The notes beneath the pieces are model-generated. The model saw only the letters and a program-made list of their open reading frames with translations, was not told where the DNA came from and made no database searches. Positions 14,001-25,687 of a stretch of 55,997 nucleotides of DNA are shown piece after piece. Source of the stretch: Catajapyx aquilonaris (taxonomy: Eukaryota); NCBI GenBank assembly GCA_000934665.2, contig JYFJ02002489.1:1-55997 (forward strand). Reading direction: 5' to 3'. Numbering within the stretch: position 1 is the stretch's first letter; each line of letters opens with the position of its first letter. The position numbers and the translations under genes were made by a program.

Positions 14001-17000
14001 GTTTTTTTGACTGAGCAGTTCCTTCCCCCTTTGGATGGTAATAACAGAGACTTTTGGGGCCCCCCTTTTTGCTATCGTGTGGAATCAACCCCACTCGCAT
14101 GATTAAAAGAACTGCATGCTACGGGTTTACAAGGTAAAGGTTAACAGTGCCAGTTGCAGCAGAAGTAGAACAATATGGCACTAGAAGTGCAATAAACATG
14201 GCTGGAAAAATCTTGCGGATTTTACTATCCATCCATCGGATTTAAACTGTCAAGCCTGGCCTTGCTGATTACGTAAATGGCACGCGAAAAATAGCCCTTC
14301 AACGCATTCATCACATGTTATTTCATTATCGCCTAAAGCTGTCTCTCAAAACAGGAAATGTAACGTTTAAGGCTAATCACTAATGTCAGCATGAATTAAA
14401 GTGGCATAAAAAAACCGTGTGCAATACCATGTGTCTAACCTTATTTACTGTGCTCCAAAACCCAATAAGAAAGCAATGAGAAGTTTGAGATTTTCCCATC
14501 AGTATGAACTCATGCAATTACCCCTGTGTTCATACGAGCACGCAAAATTCCCTTGTGACCTTGGCAGGACACTCCAGGGGCTAACTTTGTTGCTCGGCCC
14601 GATTGCTATAGTATTATTTATGATGGTCGCCGGTAGAAAAAGATCGAAGTTAGTTGCCCGGGCGAAAAGGACAACAGAGGTACGTGTAGTAATGATGATC
14701 ACTATCACCTGGAAACCTTTCCAACCGACTGGCGATCGAACACATATTTGCCAAATAGTACGATTACCCTGTTGCATTATTCAAATAGCACTCTCCTGTC
14801 GTCGTTACTCGCTCGTTTCACGTTTGCATAGCAGTGCATGGCATTTCTGGTGTTACTTCCTGCAATTATTCTGCTTGGGTTTTTATCTTATTGGAGTCAA
14901 TAATTATTGAGTATTTGTCTTCTGGTCGAATTTATGACACATGTGACTGCACGATATAAAGAGCGTAGTGCGGGTTTTCTAATTGCACACACAACGAGGG
15001 AATGAATGAATGAAGGACGAGAGACAAGTCGATATCTCTTTCATGCAGTTTTAAAGACTGCAATGCACTGCTGTCGTAACTTCTGCAGACTAATTATGCA
15101 GTATAATCAACTTATGTGAGCATGCTTAGTGCTCTGTAGATTATGGCAGTGCTTCAGCCTTACAGTTATGTATTTACGACCCATGATTGCCATTTGCAGG
15201 AGATGGTTTATGTTCGCACAACCCAGCCTCTTGTACGCGAGGTGCTCGGTGGCCGAATGGCGACGGTGTTCGCCTACGGTGCCACGGGTGCTGGCAAGAC
15301 CTTTACTATGTTGGGAACCGCTAGCGAACCTGGGGTCATGGTACGTGCCCTGCAAGACATCTTTCAAGCCTCTTCTAACATCGAGAACGAAGATCTGCAG
15401 GTCAGCATTTTTATAGGGTATTATTTATGGTTGTCGTGAGAGCTCATATTGATACGAGTCTGCGCCTACCTTGGCCTACCTACTTCAGGTGGGCATGTCT
15501 TATATGGAGATTTACAACGAGAATATTCGTGACCTTTTAAATCCGTCGGCGGGTTACTTGGATATCAGGGAGGATGGAAAAGGTCGAAACGTGCACGTTT
15601 CAGGTCTCACAGAGCTGTCTACAACCTCTCCAGAACAGGTGAGTCGTTAGTCAAATGGTGGTACCCTTGATCTCATATTGCTTTTTGTAGGTTATGGAAC
15701 TGCTGCACCGAGGAAATAAGGAGAGGACAGTGGAACCTACAGCAGCCAACAAGACTTCGTCTAGGAGTCACGCTTTGTTGCAGGTCACCGTCAAAAGAGA
15801 TGGCGAAAATGGTTCATTCTGCGGCCGCCTGTACCTGATTGATTTGGCTGGCTCTGAACGAGCATCTGTGACTCAGGTACTGTAGGTCGCAAAATGTCTA
15901 CATGTTCAGCATGTAACCTTATCGCTCTTTACGGCTCAGGAAAGGTTGCTTGTATAGTGCACCTCAACTTCATTGCACCGGGACGCTGTCAAGGGCTTCA
16001 AGGCACATAGATGAATAGCACGAACGTTACATCAGTGTTATGTAGTGCACCATGGCAATGGCTGTATCTCGCACGCACTCTTGCACAATGCTCACTGGAA
16101 GTAAGGCTGTAAATGTTTTGGTCCGTTGTACCTGCAGTATCTTAGCAAGTGTTTTATTTAACACCTTTGGGATGTAGCTCATGGTCACGACAATAATGTT
16201 TTGCAGAACCATGGGAAACGCCTGCAAGAAGGTGCCCATATCAATCGCTCTCTTCTGGCTTTGGGAAACTGCATCAACGCACTGGCCTCATCCTCCAGTC
16301 AAAACATGTCGTATATTAACTTCCGGGACTCCAAGTTGACACGATTGTTAAAAGAAGCCCTTCTTGGTCCATGCCTGACAGTGATGATAGCTCATGTGAG
16401 TCCAGCCAGCGCCCATTTGGCCGAGACCAAAACCACTCTGGCTTATGCTGACCGGGCCAAGAATATTTCTGGAAAAGTACGACGTAGGGCTATGGAAGTG
16501 AGCCATCAAGCATCGCAGAGCCAGTACAAAGACCTGATTGGGGAGCTGAGGGAAGAAATATCCAGGTTGAAAGTGAAAATAGAGGAAGGTCCCGAAGAAG
16601 TACCTGGCAACGGCCACATGGCTCTGAATGAATCTATGTCTTCTATAGACCAGGAAGAGCTTCACCGTATGAGAGAGGACCTCATCTCGCATTTTAGGGA
16701 CCAAATGAGACTTAGGTACCTCACCATGTATATTAATAAACCTAATCAATCGCACGTGCTGGATAAATCGGGGGTTTCCCACAAGTTGGCCGCAATGAAT
16801 TGAAATTTTAGATTTTGTAGGCCACTTGACCATATCAGTACTTTCCCTGCCATCACCGAAGGTCAAGGGGTTTATTTGTACTTCCTTTTCTTCTATCACT
16901 CCAGTCACGCAAGCGGTGACTTTTAAGTTTCCTGAATGCTGGCCATATACGAACGAGTTATCACCCATTTACTACCCCCATTAAATTGATATTTGGTCAG

Positions 17001-19393
17001 GCTGGTTAAAGCCTAGCAGTACCTTAAAGTAATCATTTTCATTAAAAATTAAAACATAATGATCAAAGTGACAGGTGTGAGCAGGTTCTCCTGTTTACCA
17101 TAAGCAGAATACTGTGTAATATTTTATGTTTATTAATGTCTTTAGACGTCGTCTTATGGAGATGGACAGCTACTTGCTTGGTTTGGCCACAGAAAGAGAG
17201 AGACAAGAACTTATCTTGAACGCATGGGAAGCTGAAAAGAGGCGGAGAACATCAGTGTCACGGCGATTTAACAACGGCACAAGCACAGCCAACAAAGGTA
17301 TGTTGATGATTTTTTCTTTTCAGAACTGATTTATTTTGGCATTTGTGTATCAGAGGAAACAGAAGATGAGCCCGAAGAGGTGACTCAGGCTTGGGAAGAA
17401 ATCGCCTTCATTGAGGAGGAACAGGAGAGGCTTGGGACACGAAGAGAAGAAGTTGAGCGTCGTTTGTCATCGTGTAAATCGAGGGCTACTTCACTCGAAG
17501 AAGAACTTCCTCGAAAAATGAGTTCAACTGAGCAGAGAGAAGTTCTGGCCCTACTTTGCCGGGTTCATGAGCTGGAAGTGGACAAGATGGAGGCACAGAG
17601 GCAGACACTCCTGAGGGAACACGAACTCAGGAGGAGAGATCTTTTGCTGTTGAGGTATGACCGTCAAAGGCAACTCTGCGAAGAGATTATCACCAAGCAA
17701 AGGCAACTGCTTCAAGCGGCAGTTCCTCCAGAACTAGAAGATCTCTACCAGCTTTATCAAGAGGAGGCACAGTTTCAGAGGTCTGCACTGGTGTCTAGAG
17801 GATCTTCAAGCGACGTCTTCCGGGTCAGTTTTGTGCATCCTTTTCTTGCTTAAGATATGAAATGTTCCATATAATATGTACAGATTTAAATAATGTTTGA
17901 CCTACATCAGGCACCATCTGTCAGCTCATCCAGAGGGAGTGCATATGGCCAACGTTTGCCAGCCATTTCCAGAGGAAACCAGAGCAGCGCAAAGCCCTCA
18001 TTTAATCGGATGACCATAAGGTGACATCAACTTGCACATAAATAAGTTAAATGGAGTACTACATCATGTCACATAACAATGTGCTGTGTAAAAAGTGGCA
18101 GTTGTACTACCTACTTGTATATACGCATAGTTTCCAAATTAATTCAGACATGTTGTCCAACTTTTATTTATTAAAATTAATTAAGTCGTCAAATATCTAG
18201 TATGACATCTGGACTTTTATGTTCATATTACAATATTACATCTACATATCAGTATTTATTTACTAATAAATTTTAATATGTTCTTTTGGTAGCTCTTCAC
18301 CCGGCAGTGTCCAATTTCCTCCTCTCAGTGGTCTTCCCAGAAGCAGCAAGTACGTGGCCTACACATAATATGAGATTATAAATGGCATTGTTATTAACTT
18401 TGCATGCTCATTTCCTACAGCACGGGAACTAAACTGAGGCCACCAGAATTAGATGATTTACAAGAGGAGGAGGATGCTCTTGGTCTTCCACCAGCAACAG
18501 CCGCTACCAATGGGTAAGTTTACATTACATAATGTATATCGAGCATCATGTACAGTACATATCGAAGTAATTTTTAGATGCGAGCGAAGCACTCATTAAA
18601 CTCATATTTAATTTGTTTGATCTTACGAGCACGGTAGCATGTACTGTACGAGATACCATTAGACCTACATGTTATTAATAATAATTGTGGAGAGAGCAAT
18701 CAAAATTCAAAACCATCGGTCATGGCTCTATGCCCCATATTCTTTCTGAATGCTCATTCCTCAATGATGTCTTGTCTACAACAGTATGCGATTAAGTGAT
18801 CGGAGAGCAGTTAGTGAGGAAGCACTGAACCGTCCTCGCCTGAAAACGGTAAGACTAGACAGTGCACATTACACTTCACAAAGGATATACAATTATTAAT
18901 TTTCTCTTTCATTGCAGACTTTTCAAAACTACAACAGTGGTCACAACTTAGACTCACTAAAGCTATCTGATATTCGTGGAAACACAGGTGCGTCTCGGCT
19001 TTCAAAATTTAATGCCAGCTCGGCTTCAGACATTGAAGACTAGTCAGTTTCATAGAAACCCCTCAACGCATATTATGGCAATTATTTTTGAAAGTGAATG
19101 CAACTGCTGTGCATTACGCATGCTGTCTCAAGCACAGAAGTATAAGGTACGCTTTGTCCAGTGAATGCTCTCTGCCTTGCAAGTTTTTAAAATTTTTTCT
19201 GCAATGCACCTGGGGTCTTGTTGCTATTAATTTTTTGCTGCTATTTTCCCTATGTTCAGTGGCAACTGTGATTACAGCCGCAAGCGCAAAAAGAAAACAG
19301 CACTACCCAGCAACGGGCAAAGGCGTGAGGAAAGCAAGGCCCAAAAGCCCAGACATCAGCAGGATGTTGGGGTTTTCACTTCATCACGATTAA
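5056..19393 (+). CDS. KIF19: Kinesin-8 family motor, KIF19-like (about 844 aa, 15 exons)
   Basis: Exons 5056-5163, 11943-12023, 13406-13555, 15200-15400, 15489-15638, 15691-15876, 16207-16715, 17146-17297, 17354-17823, 17911-18020, 18293-18349, 18421-18513, 18785-18848, 18918-18987, 19260-19393; all GT-AG, frame continuous. Motifs LTVAVRVRP, YVFDVAF, P-loop [67 protein letters not shown]19-type coiled coil [17 protein letters not shown]. The low-complexity C-terminal exons are less certain. Confidence 0.88.
6612..6738. mobile_element. PIF/Harbinger (Tourist-like) MITE in KIF19 intron 1
   Basis: TIR gggccggtttcaccgagct..gtatatgataaaacc / ggttttatcatatac..agctcggtgaaaccggccc; TTA TSD at 6609-6611 and 6739-6741. 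Confidence 0.8.
8954..9430 (-). mobile_element. tRNA-derived SINE with internal minisatellite, in KIF19 intron 1
   Basis: Minus-strand head ggggcatggtggtctagtga...ggggttcaagttcc (A/B boxes, about 9363-9430); body 9030-9270 of about 11-nt GCGAAAACCA-like units with a duplicated block at about 120-nt period; (AAAC/TAAC)n tail; TSD gc(t/c)tccagtgacttt at 8939-8953 and 9431-9445. Confidence 0.8.
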
Positions 19394-19629
19394 AGCAATC
19401 CAGGAACAACTAAAAATGAAACATTCACAGTAATAATAATCAAAGTGTACATTCATTGTGTAAATATATTTTGAAACGTTTTATTGTATTTTAGTACAAT
19501 ATTTATGGGAGAAATGTACTAATCGTTGAATATAGTACAATGTTTCCACGTGGAAGTGTCCCAATAAAATGCCCATGTGTATTTTACACTGCGCTATCAT
19601 TTTTGTTATTGCGCCATGCTATACATCGC

Positions 19630-20331
19630 TTATGCAGGGGTAAAAGCAGGTCCTGCCACCATGTCTTCCCCTCCAGCGTCACTATGGGCCAGGCAGAGTA
19701 TCGGCGCAATCAGACAGGTAGATCTCGACGGACAGCAGGCATCCAGCAGGGTGCAGCAGTTTCCCTGAAATGGAAAAGCCCAAGTACGTTGTCCTCGGCG
19801 ATTCTTCTGTCACAGTCCAAGGAAAATTATATCTTCAGTGTTGAAGTACACGTTTTACTTACACGTCTGTGAGGGCAGCAGTACGTGCCTCCCAGCAACT
19901 TTCCGCAGCATTTACCGAAGCACCTGCTTCTCCCACACCTTACACCACGCCATGGTCTGCCAGGTCTGCCACCACCCTCGCCACTGCCATCCTCGCCACT
20001 GCCACCACCACCACCTCCTTCTCCTTCTTCTCCTCCACCACCACCTCCTCCATGACCCCCTCCTCCATGACCTCCTCCTCCTTGGGGTCCTCCTCCTCCG
20101 CCCCCAAATCCACCACCTCCAGGTACAAACAACCCACCTCGTCTGTCTCGACCGACGTAATCACGGTCTAAGTCATCATCTTCCAGGGCGTCCTCTCCAG
20201 CACTAATACCCTTACAAAAAAAAAGACAATATCTCAATATTAATAAATCAGAGACTGTCGATGGGCTATGTCAGACTTACCAACAGGGTGACTACAAAAA
20301 CCAGGGCTACTAGAACCACCTTCCGCTCCAT
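19630..20331 (-). CDS. Gene A: secreted precursor, signal + acidic propeptide + RDRR + Gly-rich segment + one 12-Cys granulin module (177 aa)
   Basis: Exons 20281-20331 (MERKVVLVALVFVVTLL), 19863-20210 (GISA-GEDALEDDDLDRDYVGRDRR-GGLFVPGGGG...RCGRSRCFGKCCGKLLGGTYCCPHRR), 19630-19764 (GNCCTLLDACCPSRSTCLIAPILC...*). Cys pattern C-C-CC-CC-CC-CC-C-C. TATA on the minus strand at 20371-20378. Confidence 0.85.
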
Positions 20332-20564
20332 GATGTGTGATTGTAAAGCTGCAGTCACTGGACCGGATCATTTATATACGTAGGCCTATATTCTAATTGC
20401 ATTACCCTATTGTCCCTGGATGAGTAACTGAAAGTGCAATGAGTGCTGATTCGAGGTTCGTGACATGCCATGTAAACAAAGACACACGCCTCCGTGCTGT
20501 AAACACGCTTCATACTGGATGCCACTCCCAATGATTTTATTTCGTAAAGTTACACGACTTTCAC

Positions 20565-21040
20565 TTATCCCCTTTCATGAGGGATGTCACCCGCGTCGTC
20601 ATCTTCGTCATGCACCAGGGCTGCTGGAGTTCTGGGAGTGGCGCGACCCAGAGATATGCACTTTTTGGCGTCGCTGCCGCAAACTGTGCCTTTGGGGCAA
20701 CAGTAGTCGTGGCCAGGGCAGCAGTTACCCTTTATGAACAAACACATCGTAAATTATGCATATTAGTCAGGTTCCACTATATGACAAGCTGTAAAAATAC
20801 GATGGCTTTACAGATAGTTTTTCTGCAATGCCAATACTCACTTCTGGGAGAGGGCAACATGAATGCTCAAAACGTCCTTTACAGCATGTTGATTTGCACC
20901 ATTCACAGCATGGGCGGTCTACTGCTGATGCCTATAAATTGAGAATAGGTGTAAAGACATCTTATGTTAGTTACTGTTTCACTATTTAGACTTACCAGGA
21001 GGCTGAAGCAGAGTAAGGCAAGAAGAACGTACAGTTTCAT
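20565..21040 (-). CDS. Gene B: secreted single-granulin protein with acidic tail (99 aa, 13 Cys in the mature part)
   Basis: Exons 20996-21040 (MKLYVLLALLCFSLL), 20842-20931 (ASAVDRPCCEWCKSTCCKGRFEHSCCPLPE), 20565-20729 (GNCCPGHDYCCPKGTVCGSDAKKC...HDEDDDAGDIPHERG*). TATA at about 21087-21093. Confidence 0.88.
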
Positions 21041-22533
21041 GTTGTCCTCTTAAAGAGACCTGCCTGCAAGATTTGCCAAGCGGTGCTTTTTATACTCGGA
21101 AATGACTAATAGATCATTATGAAACAATAGATAAGAATAATAATCTGTTTCATTTTCTGATGTCAGCACATAACGCTGGCTTTGTAGTCATGAACAGTTA
21201 CGGAAGTCAAGTGCTGCTGCTGTTTATTGCCTTTATGGCGACATCATTGCTATTCTTCAAACATGCTTGCAGATGCTAGAGCTAATTATTATTGACATTG
21301 TGTAAGACGTGAGTGACCCACTGAGTGACCCACTTCCACTTACATGCAGTAACGTACTGTATTGATATACCCAGTATTTTGTAGTAGCTTACCGAACCGG
21401 ACCAAAAATAATCAGATGTATTGGCCCAGTTAGCATCTCTTACAAAAATATGTGTCATGTACTGTACATGGCATCATCGTACGCTATGCCACTAAGGCGG
21501 GAGAAGGAGGGCCGGTATAAAGCGTCACAATAATGCATATTAGTGATATTGCATTAGTGGTGTTCAACATTTTTTGCTGTCGCTCCTTTATATCCACAGT
21601 GTTGTGTACTTCTAAAGTTCAAGCGAATACGTTAATGTCCAGCACAGTTTTTGGGAAATGCAACTTGCATTATAAGTTGTTCGGTCTGTGGAATGCATTA
21701 TTTTTATTACTGGAGGTGATACTGGAGGCGTCCTATAACTTTTCGGGCCTGGGAATAATATTGACCCAAAAATTGTGGTCTTATAAATTAATATGGTAAT
21801 AAGTTTATTACTGAAATAATGAATATGCCGTTGCGCAAGTTATCTTTTCGGATCCCTTTGGACAGGTACGGTACAAGATTCACCCAATGAAGAATGCTGA
21901 CTGCATATAGAAACTGTTGCTTAAAACATTGTATATCAGAGAATTAGTTGTATATTTTTTCAGTTGACATTCTGAAACGAACAGGAAATATTTGCATTAT
22001 ATTTTATACGGATGTCGTAATTGTGGCAGTTTAGCTTGTCATGCTAGTAATATTGCACATCAGCACAATATTATTGCAATGCGAACATGTTTGATTACAT
22101 ATTAGAAACACCACGTACAAGGTGCTGCCGAGTTGGTTACCTCGCGAATATCATCCAAACACCTCATTTTTCTAATAATTAGCATAAGATTGCGAATCAA
22201 TAAGCTCACTGTAATCTGTAAATATAATATTACCTTAATGCCATAAGCTAAGCAGAATAGTAATCTGTAAGGTAACTGGGATACAGCTTACTGGGTGTAT
22301 TTATGATCTTGGCCCTCATTATCGCTCACAATTCAATTTGACTGTAAATGAAGTTCGTCCTTGACTTTTAGAACTTGTGCATATGTGACGTCGTGACGAA
22401 ACATGTACGATGACGGCATTATTGATATACCTTTATAAATAATATAAAATTTAAAAGTAGTTTTTGGCATCTTTTATATATAGTAATATAATTTCACTCA
22501 TTTGATTAGATGTGCTATTAATAAACGACAGGA

Positions 22534-22822
22534 TTAATCTGCTGAACTTTGGGTTTGGGAGTGTGAATGACACAAAAGTTTCAGGCTGCATATAAAGAGA
22601 ACTTTATTTGTCAAAGGGGTGAATGAATCGCTTTTGAAGCGGCATTGCGAAGGAGTTGATGTCCTCCTCTCTCTTTGACCCTCAGTTAAGCTCTGGAAAA
22701 CAATGTGAGAAAATGTCAAGATTATTGTGTCATACACATATATTCTGGGTGTCACTCATGGAAAGGCTTACAAGGGTAGTTAAGACCACAACCAGTATTG
22801 CCAAAGTAAGTTTAAGACTCAT
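22534..22822 (-). pseudogene. Gene C: degenerate or divergent paralogue of genes D/E/F
   Basis: Exon 22772-22822 (MSLKLTLAILVVVLTTL, gtaag donor) and an exon from 22692 (SLTEGQRERR...) match the D/E/F signal peptides. The rest lacks CC pairs, an acidic tail and a second GT donor. TATA at 22876-22882 and a variant promoter motif at 22902-22914. Confidence 0.6.
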
Positions 22823-24207
22823 TGTGCCTGTGATTCGCCACTCTTGCCACGCTGCCTTGACATGATGCACATCGGTTTTATACGCGTACATGCTGGCAGG
22901 CTAATTAGCGCGTGAAACGACTAATCATTATGAATGGGACGCATTCCTTTGTGCTCAAATATCAGTACCGGTAATTAGCACGAATTATAGCTTTAAACAT
23001 CATGCATAGACAGTAGCATTTTCGAAAATATCTAAGTCAGATATTGCGGTGTTTTGAAATGTGATGCTGATATAGAGTGATAATTGTAATGCTGAATTAC
23101 TGGCGCCAATGAGGTTCATTTTTATAGCTTATACTGTATACTGCAGAGTTGTCATTTGCGGAGCTCCCAAGCAAAAGCATCTAACTCCAAGTTTGTATGC
23201 ATATTAAGCCAGCTCCAATGTGATTAACTTTTCCATAATGTTAAATATGTAAAACTAAGTTTTTTCCTATCTATATGAAACATACACACATACAAGATTG
23301 GTGGAATCAGCATTTTAACACTCTCCATATTATTGTTAAAAAATCATTTATGTGGAAAAAAATGCTTTTTTTCAAGCAAAACCAGCTAACTCCAAATACA
23401 CATTACAGTACAACCAATGAGTAGTAGAAATAATTGTTCCTAGCAACAGGATGGGCTGGAATAATCATGTATCGTACACCCCTAACTTGTAAGATGTAAG
23501 GTCAGATTTCATTACCTCCAGAAAACTTTTCGGCTGGAAAAGGGACAGAAAAGTTTGTTAATACACTGGGTAACTAACTATTGATAAAATTAAAAACTAT
23601 TTTTTGGCTCTTTTCCAGCGGGCAACTTTTCATGTCAGTGGTCCTACTACTCTACTATATCATCATAGCTACTATCATAGCTTTAACGCGTGAGAAAGAT
23701 TTGAAAAAATAATAGAGACGAACAAGATTGATATTGGGGTAAGTCGAATCTAAGCTGATTAATTCTTTTAAAACTCTCCCATCTCATGTTGTCACCCTCC
23801 CCTAGAATATCACCTAAGCAAAGATGGGTCAAGAAAGGAAGAGAGTTAAAAGTGAGTGCAACACTGCAGGAGGGGAAGATGGGTTTTTGACAAGTTCTGC
23901 CGTTTTTCTTTTGTTCAGACATACTTTTATTTCTTTGATTTGTGCGATGGTATTAAAATACTTGTAGGATATTCTGCGCAGTAAAGTTCAGTGTAACAGT
24001 AGGCTACTCATTTGCATTCATTTGGTGGCGAGTATGGGACAATGTATGCATTTGATTTTTCTTATATTCTTAAAGGATTAGTGTGTGAAAGCAAATACGT
24101 AAAATGATATAATTGATGCTAGTATAGTACTTTATTTAATAAAGGCATAAATATATCGCTTTTGACATCGGTTTCAAATCATTAAGTCGCGAAGGGGAAT
24201 CTTCAGC

Positions 24208-24696
24208 TCAGCCGTGATGTCCATGTCCTCCACCACCGCGATGTTCGTCAGAAGTCGCGTCGGCCTTTGCGTCAGCAGCAGCGTCAGCAGAATCGGCGAT
24301 TACATCTCCGTCTTGGTAACTGATGTCGTCGGCGACGTCAAAGGCAGCTGAGGAGTCGGCGGAGGAGTCGGGGTTGTCACCAAAGATGCGCCAGCGGCAG
24401 CATCGTACCCTTCCTCCAATTCGGCAGCAGCGGAACTGGAAAAGTCCAAACGGCATTGGCCGTATTAGTTACATGCATAGTACATTGTATAAGACAGTAG
24501 TGCAAAAATTATGTGCGTGGTACTTACACCTCGAGGACAAAACCGGCAAAATCGTTGGGCTTCAGTTACGGTCTGGAATGCAAAAAAATAGTGAAGAATT
24601 ACAATTTCATTATGTATACTGTCATTGCAGCTCTATATGACTTACAAGGACAGCAAGGGCCACTAGCAGCAGTGCCAAAGTCAGTTTAGGACTCAT
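24208..24696 (-). CDS. Gene D: secreted Arg-rich 6-Cys peptide precursor with acidic C-terminal piece and His/Gly tail (107 aa)
   Basis: Exons 24646-24696 (MSPKLTLALLLVALAVL), 24528-24572 (TVTEA-QRFCRFCPRG), 24208-24435 (FRCCRIGGRVRCCRWRIFG-DNPDSSADSS...DE-HRGGGGHGHHG*). Canonical gtaagt/cag sites; TATA at 24765-24771. Confidence 0.88.
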
Positions 24697-24784
24697 GGTT
24701 ATTCTTGTGCTTGCTCTGTGCTACTCGTCTCGAGACACACTGCCCTGTCAAGTTGCACGTCCAGTTTTATACTCATCTACCAAC

Positions 24785-24797
24785 TAATTAACACGTG
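24785..24797 (-). promoter_or_regulatory. Conserved E-box+TAAT motif (CACGTGTTAATTA) upstream of the gene D TATA box
   Basis: taattaacacgtg on the + strand, about 20 nt from the TATA box; the same motif is at 28912-28924 (gene E) and 32317-32328 (gene F). Confidence 0.6.
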
Positions 24798-25687
24798 GAA
24801 CTCTTCTAATCATTATGGTGTAGCAAATGCTTATATGCATATTAATACCAGCCATTGGCACGAATATTTTGAACGACTTGCTCAACTGGGTAATTTAGCA
24901 GAATTAAGATTGTAGTAAGCTATACTGTATAAACCACGCGCCAGATCTTCATTTTTAGGGATACTACTATGCCAAGCTGATTTTATAGACTTTTCAGAAA
25001 CTCCTCTCCCATCACAGTCACGCAACGACAAAATGTGTGTTCACAAGATCGCTAGAATCAGTCGTATAGGGGAAGTGAGAAGACAATATTTTATAGCGGA
25101 TTATAGTCATTGTTCTCTCGCCTAATGTCTAGGCTCTAGGTTTTCCATTTAAAACACGGGGATATGTGATATATGTTGGCAACACTTGCAGCGTCATACA
25201 AAGTCTAAATAATTTTTCAACAGTTTGTGAAATATTATTCGGACGCAACTATTCGAGTACCGGTACTGTACAGTACATTACATTTTCACGTCTTGTGAGA
25301 CTCCACCGAATATTCTACCACCTTAGCCTTGGTACCCATCCCATGTGTATAGAATGATTAGAATGACAGGTTTTATGTATGGCTCCTCGACACAAAAAGA
25401 GGTGTTAGAGAAACACACGCTCTGAATTATTTTGCGGCAAATTTTTGTTCTAGTTTACACAGGCAATCTAACGGGAATGCTACTTGTAGTGCAGAAAGAG
25501 TGAAAACCACTCAAATGGATAATAAAACGATTATAAGTTAGGAAGCAAGTAGCAGAGACAATTACAATACAGGACTAAATCGTAAAGAAGTAGAATAAAT
25601 ACGGCATAATTTTTAGAGGCACGTAATCCTAATATAGGCCTATACTGTACAAAAAACGAGAGTAGATGTACAGTACGTATATATATA

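Noticed and set aside
16348..16968. 206-aa minus-strand ORF
   Set aside because: Antisense to KIF19 exon 7 and the following intron; no motifs.
19838..20206. Plus-strand His-rich and Ser/Thr-rich ORFs (19838-20206, 19869-20171)
   Set aside because: Antisense shadows of the Gly-rich exon of gene A, which has the signal exon and splice sites.
21516..21799. TATA-like box followed by an 88-aa ORF inside the cluster
   Set aside because: No convincing signal peptide, exon structure or similarity to neighbouring genes.
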